From Camelus ferus (lineage: Eukaryota): a stretch of 64,000 nt of DNA. The DNA is taken from the NCBI RefSeq assembly GCF_009834535.1, contig NC_045697.1, positions 250,001 to 314,000 of the forward strand, in the 5' to 3' direction. Positions 62,931 to 64,000 of this stretch are shown in pieces. Position 1 is the first letter of the stretch. Each line of letters opens with the position of its first letter. The translations under genes and the position numbers were made by a program. The notes below the pieces were generated by a model. That model was not told the DNA's origin and searched no databases. It worked only from the letters and a program-made list of their open reading frames with translations.

Positions 62931-63941
62931 TGTGTGGAGACACCAAGGTCCAAAAAGAGCCACACGGTCCCAGAGAACCAGACGTAAGCCCACCGTGAAG
63001 CCATGGTACAGAAGGCAGAGAGAGGCTGCCTAGGACCCCCAATGACGCACCCAGAAAGACCTGCCCCCCAAGCGCGAAGGAACGACCGAGTGAGAATGCA
63101 GCAGGGGGAGCGAGGTCTGCCCTCATGCACTGAGCGGGCTGCTGCTGCCATGAGGGGCACAGCACTGCCTGAGAGGACACCCACATGCCCACGAGCAGGA
63201 CGACACAGGACGAGCAGTGTTCTCAGAAGAAAGCCCACTGAATCCACACATCAGCTGAGACTGACCACCAAGGGCCAGCCAAGCACGGGCACAGGGCGAC
63301 CAAGTGCTGCGGTGGGAACGTCCCCAGCCATGCCCCACAGCATCCAGGGGCCACGCCCAGGACACGGGCGTCCTGAGGCTCAGAGCAGCGCCGCTGGCTA
63401 CAGGCACAGAGTGGGGAGCCACCAGGTGCAGCGCACTGGCTCTGCTGAGCATGGACGACCCAAGGTGGATAAGCCTCAAAGTCACAACACTGAGCAACAG
63501 CCTGACACATGAGACCCTGCACTGTGGGTCCCTCACGTGATGACCCCAAAGAGCAAAAGGCAAAAGGGCATGAGGAAGGAGCAGGGCATACAGCAAAAAG
63601 TAAAGCAAACAGCTGTCACTAACAGCAAGAGGGACGTGGGGCCCCAGGGCTGACACTTGTGTCTGGAACATACGGATGCCCAGTCCACAGCCCGCGGCAT
63701 CCAGGGGAGCCAGGCACGGCTGCAGAGCACGGAGGGGGCCAGCCTGGGGGAGCCCCGGCCCCCGCGTCCTGCCTGCCCTTCCAGAGCACCACCTGGGAGG
63801 CCTGGAGGGAGTCCCAGCACTGGGCCGCCGCACACACGCAGCACCGAGGAGAGGAGTCAATCCCAGGCCAAGCTCACAAACACCAAGTCTTCACTAATGC
63901 CATCCTTCTAGTCTTTCACTTTCCTTTAAGGAGAAAAAAAT

Positions 63942-63970
63942 ACACACACGCGCGAGCGCGCGCGCGCACA
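63942..63970. repeat. (CA)n(CG)n alternating purine-pyrimidine tract
   Basis: acacacacgcgcgagcgcgcgcgcgcaca. Confidence 0.85.
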
Positions 63971-64000
63971 GCACGTGAAGCACAAGAGTCTCGATGGCAC

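Larger units (their letters stand above)
29895..64000 (-). other. GAK: GAK gene locus (partial; exons 6-28, 5' part lies beyond window end)
   Basis: 23 phase-compatible GT-AG exons spell the GAK protein from VENLLLSNQGTIKLCDFGS to ...HPDK...SRPLF*. No exon-5 (HRDLK) sequence seen in 61774-64000. Confidence 0.98.

Overview
GC-rich mammalian genomic DNA, most likely a camelid (a Vic-1-like tRNA-derived SINE and artiodactyl-type L1 3' ends are present). It is orthologous to the human CPLX1-GAK interval, and both genes lie on the minus strand. (1) GAK (cyclin G-associated kinase/auxilin-2): 23 coding exons (6-28 by human numbering, recalled rather than aligned) between 61773 and 30317. All have GT-AG boundaries and compatible phases, summing to 3327 nt (1108 aa + stop). 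They encode the kinase C-lobe, PTEN-like/C2, clathrin-binding and J domains, followed by a 3'UTR with ATTAAA at 29915-29920. Exons 1-5 lie beyond the window's right edge. (2) CPLX1 (complexin-1): CpG-island promoter, non-coding exon 1 (donor at 21460) and exon 2 carrying the start codon (MEFVMKQALG). Positions 1-19993 are CPLX1 intron 2. The remainder is intronic or intergenic DNA with old L1 fragments, a young nested L1, two Tigger1 derivatives, a probable solo LTR and a SINE. Nearly all ORF-track entries outside these exons and the L1 remnants are spurious GC-rich ORFs. I see no new multi-gene system. The most interesting signals are regulatory: a wide-spaced REST/NRSF element in CPLX1 intron 1, a start-stop element and uORF in the CPLX1 5'UTR, a homeodomain-motif cluster, and an LTR with a duplicated segment. 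Repeat family names come from recognition, not a database search.
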